From the NCBI GenBank assembly GCA_038231135.1, contig JBBRLX010000004.1:154064-218063 (forward strand): a stretch of 64,000 nucleotides of DNA. The letters run 5' to 3'. The notes below the pieces were generated by a model that was not told the DNA's origin, did no database searches, and saw only the letters and a program-made list of their open reading frames with translations. Both the position numbers and the translations under genes were made by a program. This document shows, piece after piece, positions 42,609-54,299 of the stretch. Within the stretch, counting starts at the first letter, position 1; each line of letters begins with the position of its first letter. Source of the DNA: Candidatus Eiseniibacteriota bacterium. Its GTDB lineage: Bacteria; Eisenbacteria; RBG-16-71-46.

Positions 42609-44579
42609 TCATGGGACGCGCACGACGCGCGCGGATTGAACGTCCCGCTCGGTCTGCAACCGGTAGAAGTACACCCCCGCCGCCACGCCACTACCGGCAT
42701 CATCGCGACCATCCCATTGCAGCGAGTAGCTGCCGGGCATCGCGATCGGACGCGCGAGCAGCGTGCGGCGCAGGCGGCCGCTCACATCGTACACCCCGAG
42801 CCTCACCCGTGAAGCCCGCGACAACTCGAAGTTCACGCGGGTCTGGCGGGCGAATGGGTTCGGGCCACCGATGCTCAGCCTCAGCGACGACGGCGCCGTG
42901 CCCACGGTGAGCGACGACAACCCCGAACCGTGGGGGCCGAAGATCCGGAAGCGAAACGCGGCCGACGCCGCGACGCCGCCCGGGGCGCCCGGGTCGTCCA
43001 CGTACCAGCGGCCGAACAGCGTCTTGCCCAGCATCGCGGCGTCATCCGGGATCGCCAGCGTCACCGAGCCGAACCCGTCGCTCGCTCCCGCTCCCCCGAG
43101 CGTGATCGCCTGGCGCGCGAACGAACCGTTCGACGGAATGCCCGCTCCCGTCGCGGGCTCGGATTCGTCGATCACCAGCACCGCCCCGGCGCCCCCCGGC
43201 GCCCCGTCGATGCCGACCGTGAACGACGGATTGCCGGCGATCGCAGGTTCCAGCGCCACCGGCTCCGGCGCGACGCCCGAGGTTCCCGCCACACCCCCGC
43301 CCAGGCGGAACGGCACCAGGTTGCTCTCCGAGTACAGCGCCGGCTGGTCGAACGGGCTCGTCGCGGCGGCCACGCGCGGATCCGTGAGCGGGCGGGACAT
43401 GAACGCCACCAGCGCCGCCTTCTGCTGCGGCGTCAGGTGCAGCGGCACGATCAGCGGGTCCTTGTTGGGGGCGCTGAAGTCGCCGCCACGGTCGTAGAAG
43501 TCGACGACGTCGGCGAGCGTCGAGAACCGGCCGTCGTGCATGTACGTCCTGCGCAGCGCGACGTTGCGCAGACCCGGCGTGCGCACCTTGCCGAGGTCGG
43601 CGGGATCGTGCGTCACCAGCATGCGCGCCGAGTCCTCGTCCGCCGGACGGACTCCGGTGTAGTGGAACGCATGGTCGCTCGTCAGCGCGCCCGCATGGCA
43701 GACGGCGCACCGCAGCCGGCCGAACAACTGGAATCCCGCGTTCTCCTGCGGCGTGAGGCCGGGAGTTCCGGCGATCAGCGAATCGAACGGCGTCTGCGTC
43801 GAGAACAGCGTGCGCTCGTAGGTCGCGATCGCCATCGCGATCCGCGACGCCGTGACCCCGGCGGCGCCGAACGCCTCGGCGAACAGGTCCGGGTAGGAGC
43901 GGCCGCCGAGGTACGACGACATCGCAGCGGGCATCGACGCCGACAGCGCGAGCGGCGTCGCGTCCTGGATGCGTGCGACGACGTCGTTCCAGTCGCGTGC
44001 CTGATGACCCATTTCGGTGCTGGACAAAGGCGGTCCCGCCGACTGGCTCTCGAGCGCCGCGCCGTTCGGGAGCACGACCGTGCCCGTGACGGGATCGGCG
44101 TACGAGCCGGTCGCGCGCCCGTCCCAGAACAGCACCGGCGAATAGGCGGCGTTGATGTGCGACGGCGCGAGCCGGGGCGTGACCTGCGGGTTGAGCCCGA
44201 ACACCGGGGACCACGCGAACGCGCCGCTCGACTGGCGCAGCACCACCCCCGGCGACCCGGTGATGTCGTCGGCCGAGCCGGTGACGCCGTCGAGTCCGGG
44301 GTTCGTCGCGTGCGCCGATGCCAGGATCGACCGGTGATCCGAACCCCCGCTGGCCGCCTGGTGACAGCTCCCGCACGCGATGGTCCGCGAGGACGATACC
44401 TGTTCGTCCCAGAACAGCACCTTGCCGAGGCTGGCCTTGGCGGCGGTGACCGGATTCCCGGGCGGCGCCGGCGGCGGCGGCAGCGGGGTCAGCGGCGGCG
44501 GTGGCGGCGCCTGTGCCAGCGCGATCGCCGGGAACAGCAGCATGACGCCCAGCCCTGAGAACATCGATCTCGACCGCAT
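42609..44579 (-). CDS. Di-heme cytochrome c peroxidase (MauG/CcpA family) with a C-terminal FlgD-Ig/T9SS-like domain
   Basis: LGKVLFWD, CGSCH, FWDGRA, CAVCH, TPGLRNV, YMHDG; C-terminal PNPF...YDVSGR...WDGRD...GVYFYRL. Confidence 0.9.
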   Translation of the reverse strand: MRSRSMFSGLGVMLLFPAIALAQAPPPPPLTPLPPPPAPPGNPVTAAKASLGKVLFWDEQVSSSRTIACGSCHQAASGGSDHRSILASAHATNPGLDGVTGSADDITGSPGVVLRQSSGAFAWSPVFGLNPQVTPRLAPSHINAAYSPVLFWDGRATGSYADPVTGTVVLPNGAALESQSAGPPLSSTEMGHQARDWNDVVARIQDATPLALSASMPAAMSSYLGGRSYPDLFAEAFGAAGVTASRIAMAIATYERTLFSTQTPFDSLIAGTPGLTPQENAGFQLFGRLRCAVCHAGALTSDHAFHYTGVRPADEDSARMLVTHDPADLGKVRTPGLRNVALRRTYMHDGRFSTLADVVDFYDRGGDFSAPNKDPLIVPLHLTPQQKAALVAFMSRPLTDPRVAAATSPFDQPALYSESNLVPFRLGGGVAGTSGVAPEPVALEPAIAGNPSFTVGIDGAPGGAGAVLVIDESEPATGAGIPSNGSFARQAITLGGAGASDGFGSVTLAIPDDAAMLGKTLFGRWYVDDPGAPGGVAASAAFRFRIFGPHGSGLSSLTVGTAPSSLRLSIGGPNPFARQTRVNFELSRASRVRLGVYDVSGRLRRTLLARPIAMPGSYSLQWDGRDDAGSGVAAGVYFYRLQTERDVQSARVVRVP

Positions 44580-44677
44580 CGTTTCCCTCCACACTCGAAG
44601 CGTGCGACGGCTCGGCTCGGCAATGGTCGAGCACCGGCCGCCTCGTGCTGCGTTGCGTGGAGGGATCATCGACTTCA

Positions 44678-44699
44678 AATGTCCCAGGAATATCCCAGG
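44678..44699. promoter_or_regulatory. 11-bp tandem direct repeat, candidate OmpR-family operator
   Basis: AATGTCCCAGG-AATATCCCAGG about 100 nt upstream of the peroxidase-cpxP-RR-HK operon. Confidence 0.5.
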
Positions 44700-44846
44700 G
44701 GTTGGAAAAAGGGTGTCATCTGGGGAGGGTGATCCGCCGCGATGACGATTGAAGCGGGACCCTCATGCGTGAGAGCTTGGACGCGGGAGAGCCCGACCCG
44801 CTCCCGATTCCTTCGGAACGGTTCGTACAATCCTCACGGAGGTCCC

Positions 44847-45428
44847 ATGAAGCGCCTGTTGATTGTGCTGTTGCTGCTGGCCATGAGCATGGCCGCGGTG
44901 GAACCCGCGTCCGCCCGGCGGGTGTTCGTTCGGCGGCCGGTCCGGGAACGGCTGGTGCATCGCAGGACCGTGGTGGTGGTGGGTCGCGGCTGGCCGCTCC
45001 GGCGTCCGCTCCGCACGGTGTGGGTTCGCCCGGGCCGTGTCCCGATCGGGGTCCCGGCCGCGGCGTTCCTGGCCCCCGTGGTGTGGACATCCATGGTCAT
45101 CGCGGCCCCGCCGCCGCCGAGCCTGCTGGTGTGGGAGGACGCCGAAACCCTGTCGAAGCCCGAGGGGTGGACCGAATTCACGCTCGAGTGCAATGAGCGC
45201 GGGCGCAAGCTCGATCTCGAGGTCGCGGGTGGCAGAGTACAGTTCGACTGGGCCGAGGTCGTGTTCGCGAACGGAGACTCCCGGGTTGTGGACTTCTCGG
45301 AGAAGACCGTGGGGCCGGGCCTGTATTCGCTTCTCGACTTCAGGGACGGTCGGAAGGTCGACCACGTCCGCGTCGTCGCGCAGGCGAAGTCACCCGAAGC
45401 ACGCGTGGCGCTGAAGATGGAGAAGTAG
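44847..45428 (+). CDS. Exported hypothetical protein (Arg-rich N-terminus, beta-sandwich C-terminus)
   Basis: RBS GGAGG; signal peptide MKRLLIVLLLLAMSMAAVEPASA. Confidence 0.75.
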   Translation: MKRLLIVLLLLAMSMAAVEPASARRVFVRRPVRERLVHRRTVVVVGRGWPLRRPLRTVWVRPGRVPIGVPAAAFLAPVVWTSMVIAAPPPPSLLVWEDAETLSKPEGWTEFTLECNERGRKLDLEVAGGRVQFDWAEVVFANGDSRVVDFSEKTVGPGLYSLLDFRDGRKVDHVRVVAQAKSPEARVALKMEK

Positions 45429-45551
45429 CTTCGATTCCAGCGGATGACCATTGATCCCGGGCGGCGTTCCGGGCACAATGGCGGGGTCGGCCGGGCTTCC
45501 ACGAGCTCGGCCGCTTTGTATCCTGCGGCGGCGCGGGCACGCCAAGGAGCC

Positions 45552-47951
45552 ATGCTCGCCACCCTGCTGCTGTTCGCCACGATCCTCGCCGCTCCCGATT
45601 CCATTCCGTCTGCGCCGGCCGATTCCCTGCCGCGGCGCGTGGTGCGCCGCTTCCCGCCCGTCGAAGTCCGGGCGCTGCTGCCCGACCTGCGCTCGAACCA
45701 GACCGTGCACCCGATCCCTTCCGCCCTGCTCGAATCGCCCGCGGTCGACGGCCTCGCCGACCTGCTGACGCTCGAGCCGGGCGTGGTGGCCCAGGGCGAA
45801 GTGCTGCACGTGCGCGGCGGCCGCAGCGGGGAGACGCGTGAGGAACTCGAAGGCTTCTCGCTCGACGAGCCGCTGCGCGGGCGCTCGCAGGAGGTGCCGC
45901 TGTTCGCGCTGCGTTCGGCCGAACTGGTGAGCGGCGCACCCGAGGCCCGCTACGGCGGCGCGCTCGCCGGCGTGCTGCGCGTGCGGACCGTGGATCCGAG
46001 CCCGCGGCTGTCGGGCGCATGGCAATGGCAGAGCGACGGCGGCGTGGGCTCGCGCTACGACCGCGTCGCGGGCCGGCTGTCGGCGCCGATCGTGGCGGGC
46101 TGGGGCGTGGTCGGCGCGGGCGAGGCGCTGCTCGACGACACCTCGCTGCCGATGCTGCGGACCACGAGCCGCGACCGGGTCGCAGGCCTGTCGTTCGGGT
46201 GGCGCGCGGACAATCATCTGCTCGGCTTCGCCAAGCTCGCGCCGGTCGCGCATCCCGAGCGGTTCTCGGCTCAGGTGCTGGTGAGCCGGCGCGTCACCGA
46301 GCCCTACAGCCCGAGCTGGTCGCTCGACGGCTGGACGTTCGTGCCGCCGAATCCCAAGGCCTCCCCCATCTACAGCCCGGTCGAGCTGCCCGGCTATCAG
46401 CGCTACCGCGCCGCCGATCACCTGGCGATCACCGACGATCGCCGGCTCGCCGCCCTGGTCCAGTCGGGAATCGTGCGCGAGCGGTCGCGTGCCACGCTGG
46501 CCGCGGCATGGCAGAGCGCACGCACCGTGACCTCGGTCGGCGGCACCCGCACACCGTTCGACGTCCCCCATCGCCCGATCTACGGCAAGTCCGTCGATCG
46601 CGAGGGCTTCTACGTGCTGTGGGGGGACGATCCTCTGGCCCGTGTGAGCGCCAGCGACGTGCTGTCGCTGCGCGGCGATCTGGAGACGGTCACTCGCAGC
46701 GGCAACACCGTGGGCGGCGGCCTCGGCGTATCGACTGAACGGTTCTCGATGCAGGAACTCGACTGGTTCCCGGTCGGCAAGGCCGCGAGCGAGCCCGGCA
46801 TCCCGCCGCCGCTGGATTCGCTGCGCGCCAACGGCGGCCGCGCTCCGCTGGGATTCGCATACGTACAGGGACGCTGGCAATCGGGCGGCATGGTCATGAA
46901 TCTCGGGATGCGCGCCGAGTACTGGACCGCGGGCGCCGCGGCCCGGAATCAATCGCTACCCGGCGATGGGCGCGGCGTGTTCTCGTTCGTACCACGGCTC
47001 GGAATCGCCTATCCCATCAGCGTGCGCGACGCGTTCTCGTTCGCCTACGTGCGCGTGGACCAGCCGCCGTGGCGCGACTTTCTCTATGACACGCGCACCG
47101 CGATCAGCAATCGCCAGCCGCTCGGCAATCCCGCGCTCACGCCGGCCAGCGAGATCTCGTACGAGGCCGCGGTGAAGCACTTGTTCGATGCGGCGTGGGC
47201 GATGCAGGGCGCGGTGTTCTATCGCGACGTGTACGGCCAGGTGGGCGCGCGCGAGGACGACATTCCCGCCGGACCCATCAACCTCCAATACACCGATCAG
47301 GACCAGAGCCATGCGCTCGGCTTCGAGTGGAGTCTGATCCACAGTCCGCGCGAGAACCGCCGCATCGAAGCCCATTACACGTTCCTGACCGCGTGGGGCA
47401 ACGAGTCGCGCCCGGAAGGCGATCCCTATGGCCCCGTGCGCGCCCTGAAGTCTCCGGCGATCGACGACGCTCCGCTGTCGTGGGACCAGCGCCACACGCT
47501 GGCGGTGAACGCGGACTGGAGCCTCAGCCGGCGCTGGACGCTGTCGTGGAACACGCTGGTCGGCTCACCCCTGCCGTGGACACCCAAGCCGCTGCGGCAG
47601 CCGTTCACCGACTTCGGCGCCGTCGACAGCCGGCGGCTATCGTGGAGCGAGAACACCAACGCCGCGTTGCGCTGGACGCCTCCGCGGCTGACCGGAATCT
47701 CGGTGGGCCTCGAGGTGCGCAACCTGTTCGACCGCCGCGCCGATCGTTTTGCGACCGTGGACGGCTATCCCAACCCGATCATCAACACGATCTACGATGA
47801 CTACGGCGCCTATCGCACCGCAACCGGCAACGGCGGCGGCGCGTACTGGTCGCAGCTCCCGGGCGATCCGGGGCACTGGGTGCCGGTGCACGACCCGCGG
47901 CTCGCGAATCCGCCGCGCGCGGTGCGGGCGAGCGTCGGGGCGCGGTGGTGA
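45552..47951 (+). CDS. TonB-dependent receptor-like outer membrane protein
   Basis: Plug LHVRGGRSGE...ARYGGALAGV, PRLGIAYPIS, EVRNLFD, terminal VGARW. Confidence 0.88.
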   Translation: MLATLLLFATILAAPDSIPSAPADSLPRRVVRRFPPVEVRALLPDLRSNQTVHPIPSALLESPAVDGLADLLTLEPGVVAQGEVLHVRGGRSGETREELEGFSLDEPLRGRSQEVPLFALRSAELVSGAPEARYGGALAGVLRVRTVDPSPRLSGAWQWQSDGGVGSRYDRVAGRLSAPIVAGWGVVGAGEALLDDTSLPMLRTTSRDRVAGLSFGWRADNHLLGFAKLAPVAHPERFSAQVLVSRRVTEPYSPSWSLDGWTFVPPNPKASPIYSPVELPGYQRYRAADHLAITDDRRLAALVQSGIVRERSRATLAAAWQSARTVTSVGGTRTPFDVPHRPIYGKSVDREGFYVLWGDDPLARVSASDVLSLRGDLETVTRSGNTVGGGLGVSTERFSMQELDWFPVGKAASEPGIPPPLDSLRANGGRAPLGFAYVQGRWQSGGMVMNLGMRAEYWTAGAAARNQSLPGDGRGVFSFVPRLGIAYPISVRDAFSFAYVRVDQPPWRDFLYDTRTAISNRQPLGNPALTPASEISYEAAVKHLFDAAWAMQGAVFYRDVYGQVGAREDDIPAGPINLQYTDQDQSHALGFEWSLIHSPRENRRIEAHYTFLTAWGNESRPEGDPYGPVRALKSPAIDDAPLSWDQRHTLAVNADWSLSRRWTLSWNTLVGSPLPWTPKPLRQPFTDFGAVDSRRLSWSENTNAALRWTPPRLTGISVGLEVRNLFDRRADRFATVDGYPNPIINTIYDDYGAYRTATGNGGGAYWSQLPGDPGHWVPVHDPRLANPPRAVRASVGARW

Positions 47952-47954
47952 TAG

Positions 47955-48935
<981 letters not shown>

Positions 48936-49041
48936 GGCAGGGCTCCTTTCGTGAACGCGCAGTGGACAACCGAACACGCGGGCGACGCAAGCGGGCAGCG
49001 ACCCGGCGGGATTCTGGAGCCCGTCGGGCTCGATCCAGATC

Positions 49042-49988
49042 ATGGTGCTGCTCTCCGTCGGCGTGATCCTGCCGGCCGTGACCCTCGCGCAGGCGCCACC
49101 CTACCTTCTCCAGTGGGGCTCGGGCGGCAGCGGCATGGGGCAATTCCTCGATCCCGTCGGCGTCGCGACGGACGCGGACGGCAACGTCTTCGTTACCGAC
49201 CGGGACAACCACCGCGTCCAGAAGTTCACCGGGGAGGGCAGCTTTCTCATGCAGCGGGGCTCGCCCGGCAGCGGCGACGGATGATTCGAGAATCCCTACG
49301 GAGTGGCGACGGACGCCGATGGCAACGTCTACGTCGCGGACCAGTCCAACCAGCGCATTCAGAAGTTCACCGGAGCGGGCACGTACCTGACCCAGTGGGG
49401 CTCGAACGGCAGCGGCGATGGCCAGTTCCTGGGCCCGGTTGCCGTGGCGACGGATGCCGCCGGCAACGTCTACGTCACGGACAATCAGCGCGTTCAGAAG
49501 TTCACGGGCGCGGGCGCCTATCTCACCCAATGGGGCTCGTACGGCAGCGGCACGGGCAGTTTTTCACTCCCATAGGACTGGCTGCCGGCTCCGCCGGCCA
49601 CATCTATGTCGTGGATAGTGGCAATCAACGCATTCAGGAGTTCACCAACTCCGGCGCGTTCATCGCCCAGTGGGGTTCGTTCGGCAGTGGCGATGGGGAG
49701 CTGAACTATCCCTACGGCATCGCGACGGACGCCGGTGGCGATGCCTTCGTCTCGGACCGGCTCAACGATCGCATCCAGGAGTTCACCGCCACCGGCGCCT
49801 ACCTCACCCAATGGGGCTCGATGGGCGGCGGGCCCGGGGAGTTCAACTTTCCATATGGCATGGCCGTGGACGCCGCCGGAAATATCTTCGTCGTGGACAG
49901 CGACCTCAATCGCATCCAGAAATTCGGCCCCGCCCCGACGCGCGCGACGACGGCGTCCTGGGGGCAGATCAAGAGGCTGTATCGTTGA
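49042..49988 (+). pseudogene. NHL-repeat beta-propeller protein, disrupted
   Basis: About six QWGS.GSGDGQF..P.GVATD..GNVYV.D..N.RIQKF repeats; in-frame TGA at 49282-49284 and a 1-nt deletion near 49552; ends TTASWGQIKRLYR. Confidence 0.8.
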
Positions 49989-50014
49989 TCCGCCGGGTTG
50001 CCGCCTGCGGCGGA

Positions 50015-51097
50015 CTACCGCTCCTTCGGCGGCAGCTCCGCGCCCGGTGCCGCGACGATCGGATAGCCGCGGCGCTGCCATTCGAGGATGCCCTCGTCGA
50101 GCACCATCGCGTGCCCATAGCCGCGCTTCTGCAGCTCGTCGACGACGAGGCCCGAGAGATGATGCGGACAGGCGCAGTACGCGACGACCCAGGCGTCCTT
50201 CGGGATCTCGTCGAGCCGCGCCAGCTTGTAGTGCGGGATCGACACCGCGCCCGTGATGTGGGACTTCATCCAATCCGACTCGGGGCGCGCGTCGATGATG
50301 ACGAGCTTGCGCTGGTCGTCGAACGCCTTCTTGACCTGGTCCACCGAAATGTAGCGACCGTCCTTGAGCGTGAATTCACGCGGCGGCCGACCCTTCGGAT
50401 TCACGAACAACGGCTCGTTGCCGGTCGGCGCGGGCAGCCGCCCCAGGTCGACGGGCCGCGCGAGCGAACGCAGGTATGCGACGACATCGGCGATGTCCTG
50501 CGCGCCGAGCCTGGACTGAAACGACGGCATTGGGGTATCCGGGCGGCCGTTGACGATGGCGTGTTGCAGGAATGGGTCACTCGCGAGCTCCAGGAACGTC
50601 GGGTTCACGAGCAGAACGTAGTCGCCGCGGGTCTGCGCATCGCCGTGGCACTTCTGGCAATTGGCGAGATAGATCGGCCTGCCCCGCGCGGTGTCCCCCA
50701 GCGCGACCGGCGCGAGCTCCATCGCCGGCTTGCCCTGCGCACGTAGCCATCCCACCAGCCGGTCGAGCGCCGGCGGCGCGAGCGGGCCACCCACCGCCTT
50801 CGCGTAGGCCGCCATCGCCGTGCCCGGGCGGCCGCGCTCGATCGAGGCGCGCAGGAAATCGTCGGTCGCGCTCTCGAGGAACGTCGGGTTCACGAGCGAC
50901 GGCGCGTGATCGGCCGCGTAACCCTTCGCGTCCGGGCCGTGGCACTGCGCGCACAGGATCGTGTAGGCCCGCGCCGGCTCGAGAGTGTTCAGATCCGTCG
51001 GGGTCACCACGGGCGCCACCGGCTTGTGCGACAGCGACGCCGCGCAGCCATAGCCGAATGCCACCAGGATCAGGAGAATGGAACGCGCGCCTCGCAC
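50015..51097 (-). CDS. Di-heme cytochrome c / rhodanese fusion lipoprotein
   Basis: Lipobox-like FGYGC; CAQCH and CQKCH; rhodanese IIDARP..HITGAVSIP..YCACPH..LDEGILEW. Confidence 0.85.
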   Translation of the reverse strand: MRGARSILLILVAFGYGCAASLSHKPVAPVVTPTDLNTLEPARAYTILCAQCHGPDAKGYAADHAPSLVNPTFLESATDDFLRASIERGRPGTAMAAYAKAVGGPLAPPALDRLVGWLRAQGKPAMELAPVALGDTARGRPIYLANCQKCHGDAQTRGDYVLLVNPTFLELASDPFLQHAIVNGRPDTPMPSFQSRLGAQDIADVVAYLRSLARPVDLGRLPAPTGNEPLFVNPKGRPPREFTLKDGRYISVDQVKKAFDDQRKLVIIDARPESDWMKSHITGAVSIPHYKLARLDEIPKDAWVVAYCACPHHLSGLVVDELQKRGYGHAMVLDEGILEWQRRGYPIVAAPGAELPPKER

Positions 51098-51159
51098 ATG
51101 GTGACTATGCCACGGCCCCGTTCGGGCGATCAACACGCGGCACTCGAGCACAGCGGCGC

Positions 51160-51417
51160 GACGCGCACATCTTCGAGAATCTATCGACCCCGAACCCCGT
51201 CCGGAACTTTCGGAAGTTCGACGTCGGTGCGGTCGGTGGAGCCGCGCTCGCGTTCGGCCGGCGGGCGCGCCTGTCGATCGAGGCGCGCTGGATCGAAGGG
51301 CTGGTGAACGTGCTGCCCGACGCCTCGCTGTACGAGGCGCGCAACCGCTCGTTCGTGGTCTCACTGAGCCTGGAGCAGGCGCGCCGCGGCCCCACGCAAC
51401 CCCGCGCGACTTGGTAG
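51160..51417 (+). pseudogene. C-terminal fragment of an outer membrane beta-barrel (PorT-like) gene
   Basis: KFDVGAVGG...SIEARWIEGLVNV...RNRSFVVSLSL, with no credible start or signal peptide. Confidence 0.5.
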
Positions 51418-51448
51418 CTCTCGCGGCCTACCGTAGACTCGCCGCCCC

Positions 51449-53806
51449 ATGGCAGTCCTCGCTCCCGGCATGAAACTCGGTCCCTACGACATCGTCGCGC
51501 CGCTCGGCGCCGGCGGCATGGGTGAGGTCTACCGCGCGCGCGATCCGCGACTCGGCCGGGACGTGGCGCTCAAGGTGCTGCCGGAGGCGGTGGCCGCCCA
51601 CCCCGACCGGCTGCTCCGCTTCGAGCGGGAAGCGAAGACGGTCGCTGCGCTGAATCATCCGAACATCGTGACGATCTTCTCGATCGAGGAAGCCGGATCC
51701 GTGCGGTTCCTGACGATGGAACTGGTCGAGGGCGACACGCTCGACCGCCGGATCACCCCGGGTGGACTGCCGCTCGACCGTGCGCTCGACATCGCGATCC
51801 CGCTCGCCGACGCGCTGGCCGCGGCGCACGCCCGGGGCATCGTGCACCGCGATCTCAAGCCGGGGAACGTGATGGTGACCCGCGACGGGCGGGTCAAGGT
51901 GCTCGACTTCGGGCTGGCCAAGCAGGAGGCGATCGCGGGCCGGGTCGTCTCGGATTCGTCGCTCGATGGGACGCAGGGCCTGACGGTGGAGTCTCCGGCG
52001 TCGGCGGCGGGGATGGTGGTCGGGACCGTGCCCTACATGGCGCCCGAGCAGGTGCGCGGCAACGCGGTCGACGCGCGCGCGGACCTGTTCTCGCTCGGCA
52101 TCATTCTCTACGAGCTCGTGACCGGGAAGCGGCCGTTCGCGGGCCGCTCGTTCGCCGACGTCAGCTCCGCGATCCTGCGCGACGCGCCGCCGCCCATCCA
52201 GCTGGTGCGTGCCGGGCTGCCGCGCGACCTCGACCGCATCATCGGCCGCTGCCTCGAGAAGGACCTGGAGCGCAGGTTCCAGACCGCGAAGGACGTGCGC
52301 AACGAGCTGGAAATCGTGCGGCGCGACCTGTCGGCCGATGCGTCGTCGCCCGGCCAACGCGCCGCCTCGTCGCCGGCCGCCGCAGCGCCCTCCCCACCCA
52401 CCAGGGACGTGCCGTCGATCGCGGTGATGCCGTTCGCCAATCGCAGCCGCGACCCGGACGACGAATATTTCTCGGACGGTCTCGCCGACGAGCTGCTGAA
52501 TGTGCTCGCCAAGATTCGCGGCCTGCGCGTGGCCGCGCGCACGTCGTCGGCCACGTTCAAGGGCAAGGAGGTGACGATCGCCGACATCGGCCGCGCGCTC
52601 AACGTGGAGACCGTGCTCGAGGGCAGCGTCCGCAAGTCGGGCAACCGGGTGCGCATCGCGGTGCAGCTGGTGAAGGTGTCGGATGGCTATCCGCTGTGGT
52701 CCGAGACCTACGACCGCACGCTGGACGACATCTTCGTGGTGCAGGACGACATCGCCCAGTCTGTGGTGAAGGAGCTGCGCACGGCGCTGCTCGGCGAGGC
52801 GCCCGATTCGAAGACCAGCGGCGAGGTGCGAGCGGAAGTCGCCGCGGCGGCGAAGGGCCGCGGCGGGAACACGGAAGCCCACCGCCTCTACATGCAGGGC
52901 CACCATCTCATCGATCGCGTCAACCAGGCGGATGTCGCGAAGGGCATCGAATATCTGCGCTCCGCGCTGGAGCTCGACCCGCGTCACGCGCTGGCCTGGG
53001 TGGAGCTGGCCCGCGCCTACTACTACCAGGCGGGCTACGATTGGGCGGACGTCGCGGAAGGCTACACGCGCTCCCGTGAAGCCGCTGCGCGGGCCATCGA
53101 GATCGAACCCGAACTGGCCGAAGGATATGCGGCGCTCGGGCATGTGCAGGTCGCGTTCGATTGGGATTGGGCGGACGCTGAGGCGTCGTTTCGACGCGCC
53201 CTCGAACTCGCGCCCGGCAGCGCGGACGTTCTGCGTGGGGCGGCCGCCATGGCGCTCATCCTCGGCCGCAACCAGCAGGCGCTCGATCTGGCCCGGCGCG
53301 CCGTTGCGCAGGATCCGTTGAGCGCATCCGGCTACCTCGCCCTGGGGCGCACGTGCTACGAAACCGATGAGTTCGCCGCGGCCCTCGAGGCCGAATACAA
53401 GGCGCTCGAACTCGCTCCCCAGCGGATCGCGATCCACTTCTGGATCGCGATCCTGATGAGTGAGATGGGTCGCCACGACGAGGCCATCGCCGAGGCGAAG
53501 CTCGAGCCGGCGATCTGGGCGCGCGATTGTGCGCTGGGTGTCGTGTGCCACGCCGCCGGGCGAAGTTCCGAAGCCGACGAAGCGCTACGCAACCTCGTGG
53601 AGCAATCCGGGCACACGGCCGCGTTTCAGATCGCCGCCGTCCACGCGTTTCGCGGAGCGGCGGACGAGACGTTCGTGTGGCTGGAGCGATCGTACCAGCA
53701 GCGCGATCCGGGACTCGCCTACGTGAGCTGCACGCGGGTGTTCCGCCCGATCCACGGCGATCCGCGGTGGGGCGCGTTCATGAAGCAGATGGGATTCGCG
53801 AGCTGA
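51449..53806 (+). CDS. Ser/Thr protein kinase with TolB-like and TPR domains
   Basis: [43 protein letters not shown]-terminus. Confidence 0.95.
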   Translation: MAVLAPGMKLGPYDIVAPLGAGGMGEVYRARDPRLGRDVALKVLPEAVAAHPDRLLRFEREAKTVAALNHPNIVTIFSIEEAGSVRFLTMELVEGDTLDRRITPGGLPLDRALDIAIPLADALAAAHARGIVHRDLKPGNVMVTRDGRVKVLDFGLAKQEAIAGRVVSDSSLDGTQGLTVESPASAAGMVVGTVPYMAPEQVRGNAVDARADLFSLGIILYELVTGKRPFAGRSFADVSSAILRDAPPPIQLVRAGLPRDLDRIIGRCLEKDLERRFQTAKDVRNELEIVRRDLSADASSPGQRAASSPAAAAPSPPTRDVPSIAVMPFANRSRDPDDEYFSDGLADELLNVLAKIRGLRVAARTSSATFKGKEVTIADIGRALNVETVLEGSVRKSGNRVRIAVQLVKVSDGYPLWSETYDRTLDDIFVVQDDIAQSVVKELRTALLGEAPDSKTSGEVRAEVAAAAKGRGGNTEAHRLYMQGHHLIDRVNQADVAKGIEYLRSALELDPRHALAWVELARAYYYQAGYDWADVAEGYTRSREAAARAIEIEPELAEGYAALGHVQVAFDWDWADAEASFRRALELAPGSADVLRGAAAMALILGRNQQALDLARRAVAQDPLSASGYLALGRTCYETDEFAAALEAEYKALELAPQRIAIHFWIAILMSEMGRHDEAIAEAKLEPAIWARDCALGVVCHAAGRSSEADEALRNLVEQSGHTAAFQIAAVHAFRGAADETFVWLERSYQQRDPGLAYVSCTRVFRPIHGDPRWGAFMKQMGFAS

Positions 53807-53864
53807 CGGGTTTGCGACGGGTCGGGTGGGGGCGATTGCATCCCGGGTGCGCCGATATTCCGTC

Positions 53865-54176
53865 TCAGGCGGAATCCGGAACCGGCGGATAGAGCCGTTC
53901 GAACTCGGGATGGCCGTGCAGCAGCTGAAGATCGGGATCGCGTCGCGACCAGATCGGATCGCGATAGCCCGCCTTCCAGGCCCTGCTCATGGCCTCCATG
54001 GCTTCGGCCTTCTTGTTGAGCATGCAGAACGTGCAGGCCGCGTTGTAGTGCACCATCGCCTCGTCGGGCCGTAGCACCATGGCGAGGTTGGCCTCGCGCA
54101 TGGCGTCGTCGACGCGGCCCACGGACGCATAGTCCGTGGCGAGCAGCGTGCGTGCGCGAGCATCCTCGGATTCCAT
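53865..54176 (-). CDS. Short TPR-end domain protein (possibly a fragment of a kinase/TPR gene)
   Basis: YNAAC...AWKAGY...RRDPDL..LHGHPEF, typical of kinase-TPR C-termini. Confidence 0.6.
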   Translation of the reverse strand: MESEDARARTLLATDYASVGRVDDAMREANLAMVLRPDEAMVHYNAACTFCMLNKKAEAMEAMSRAWKAGYRDPIWSRRDPDLQLLHGHPEFERLYPPVPDSA

Positions 54177-54299
54177 GGCGGCAATGATGCGCGGCGGCAG
54201 TCAAGAGCCGCGGTGGCAGGACCGCGGCTCATCTCCGAACACGAAAGGCTCCAGGCCGTGATGGCCGGGAGCCCCTCGCCTGCTGACCGTACCAAGCGC

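Noticed and set aside
49282..49284. In-frame TGA in the NHL gene as a possible second selenocysteine
   Set aside because: It aligns with the Gln of GDGQF rather than a Cys, and the gene also has a frameshift.
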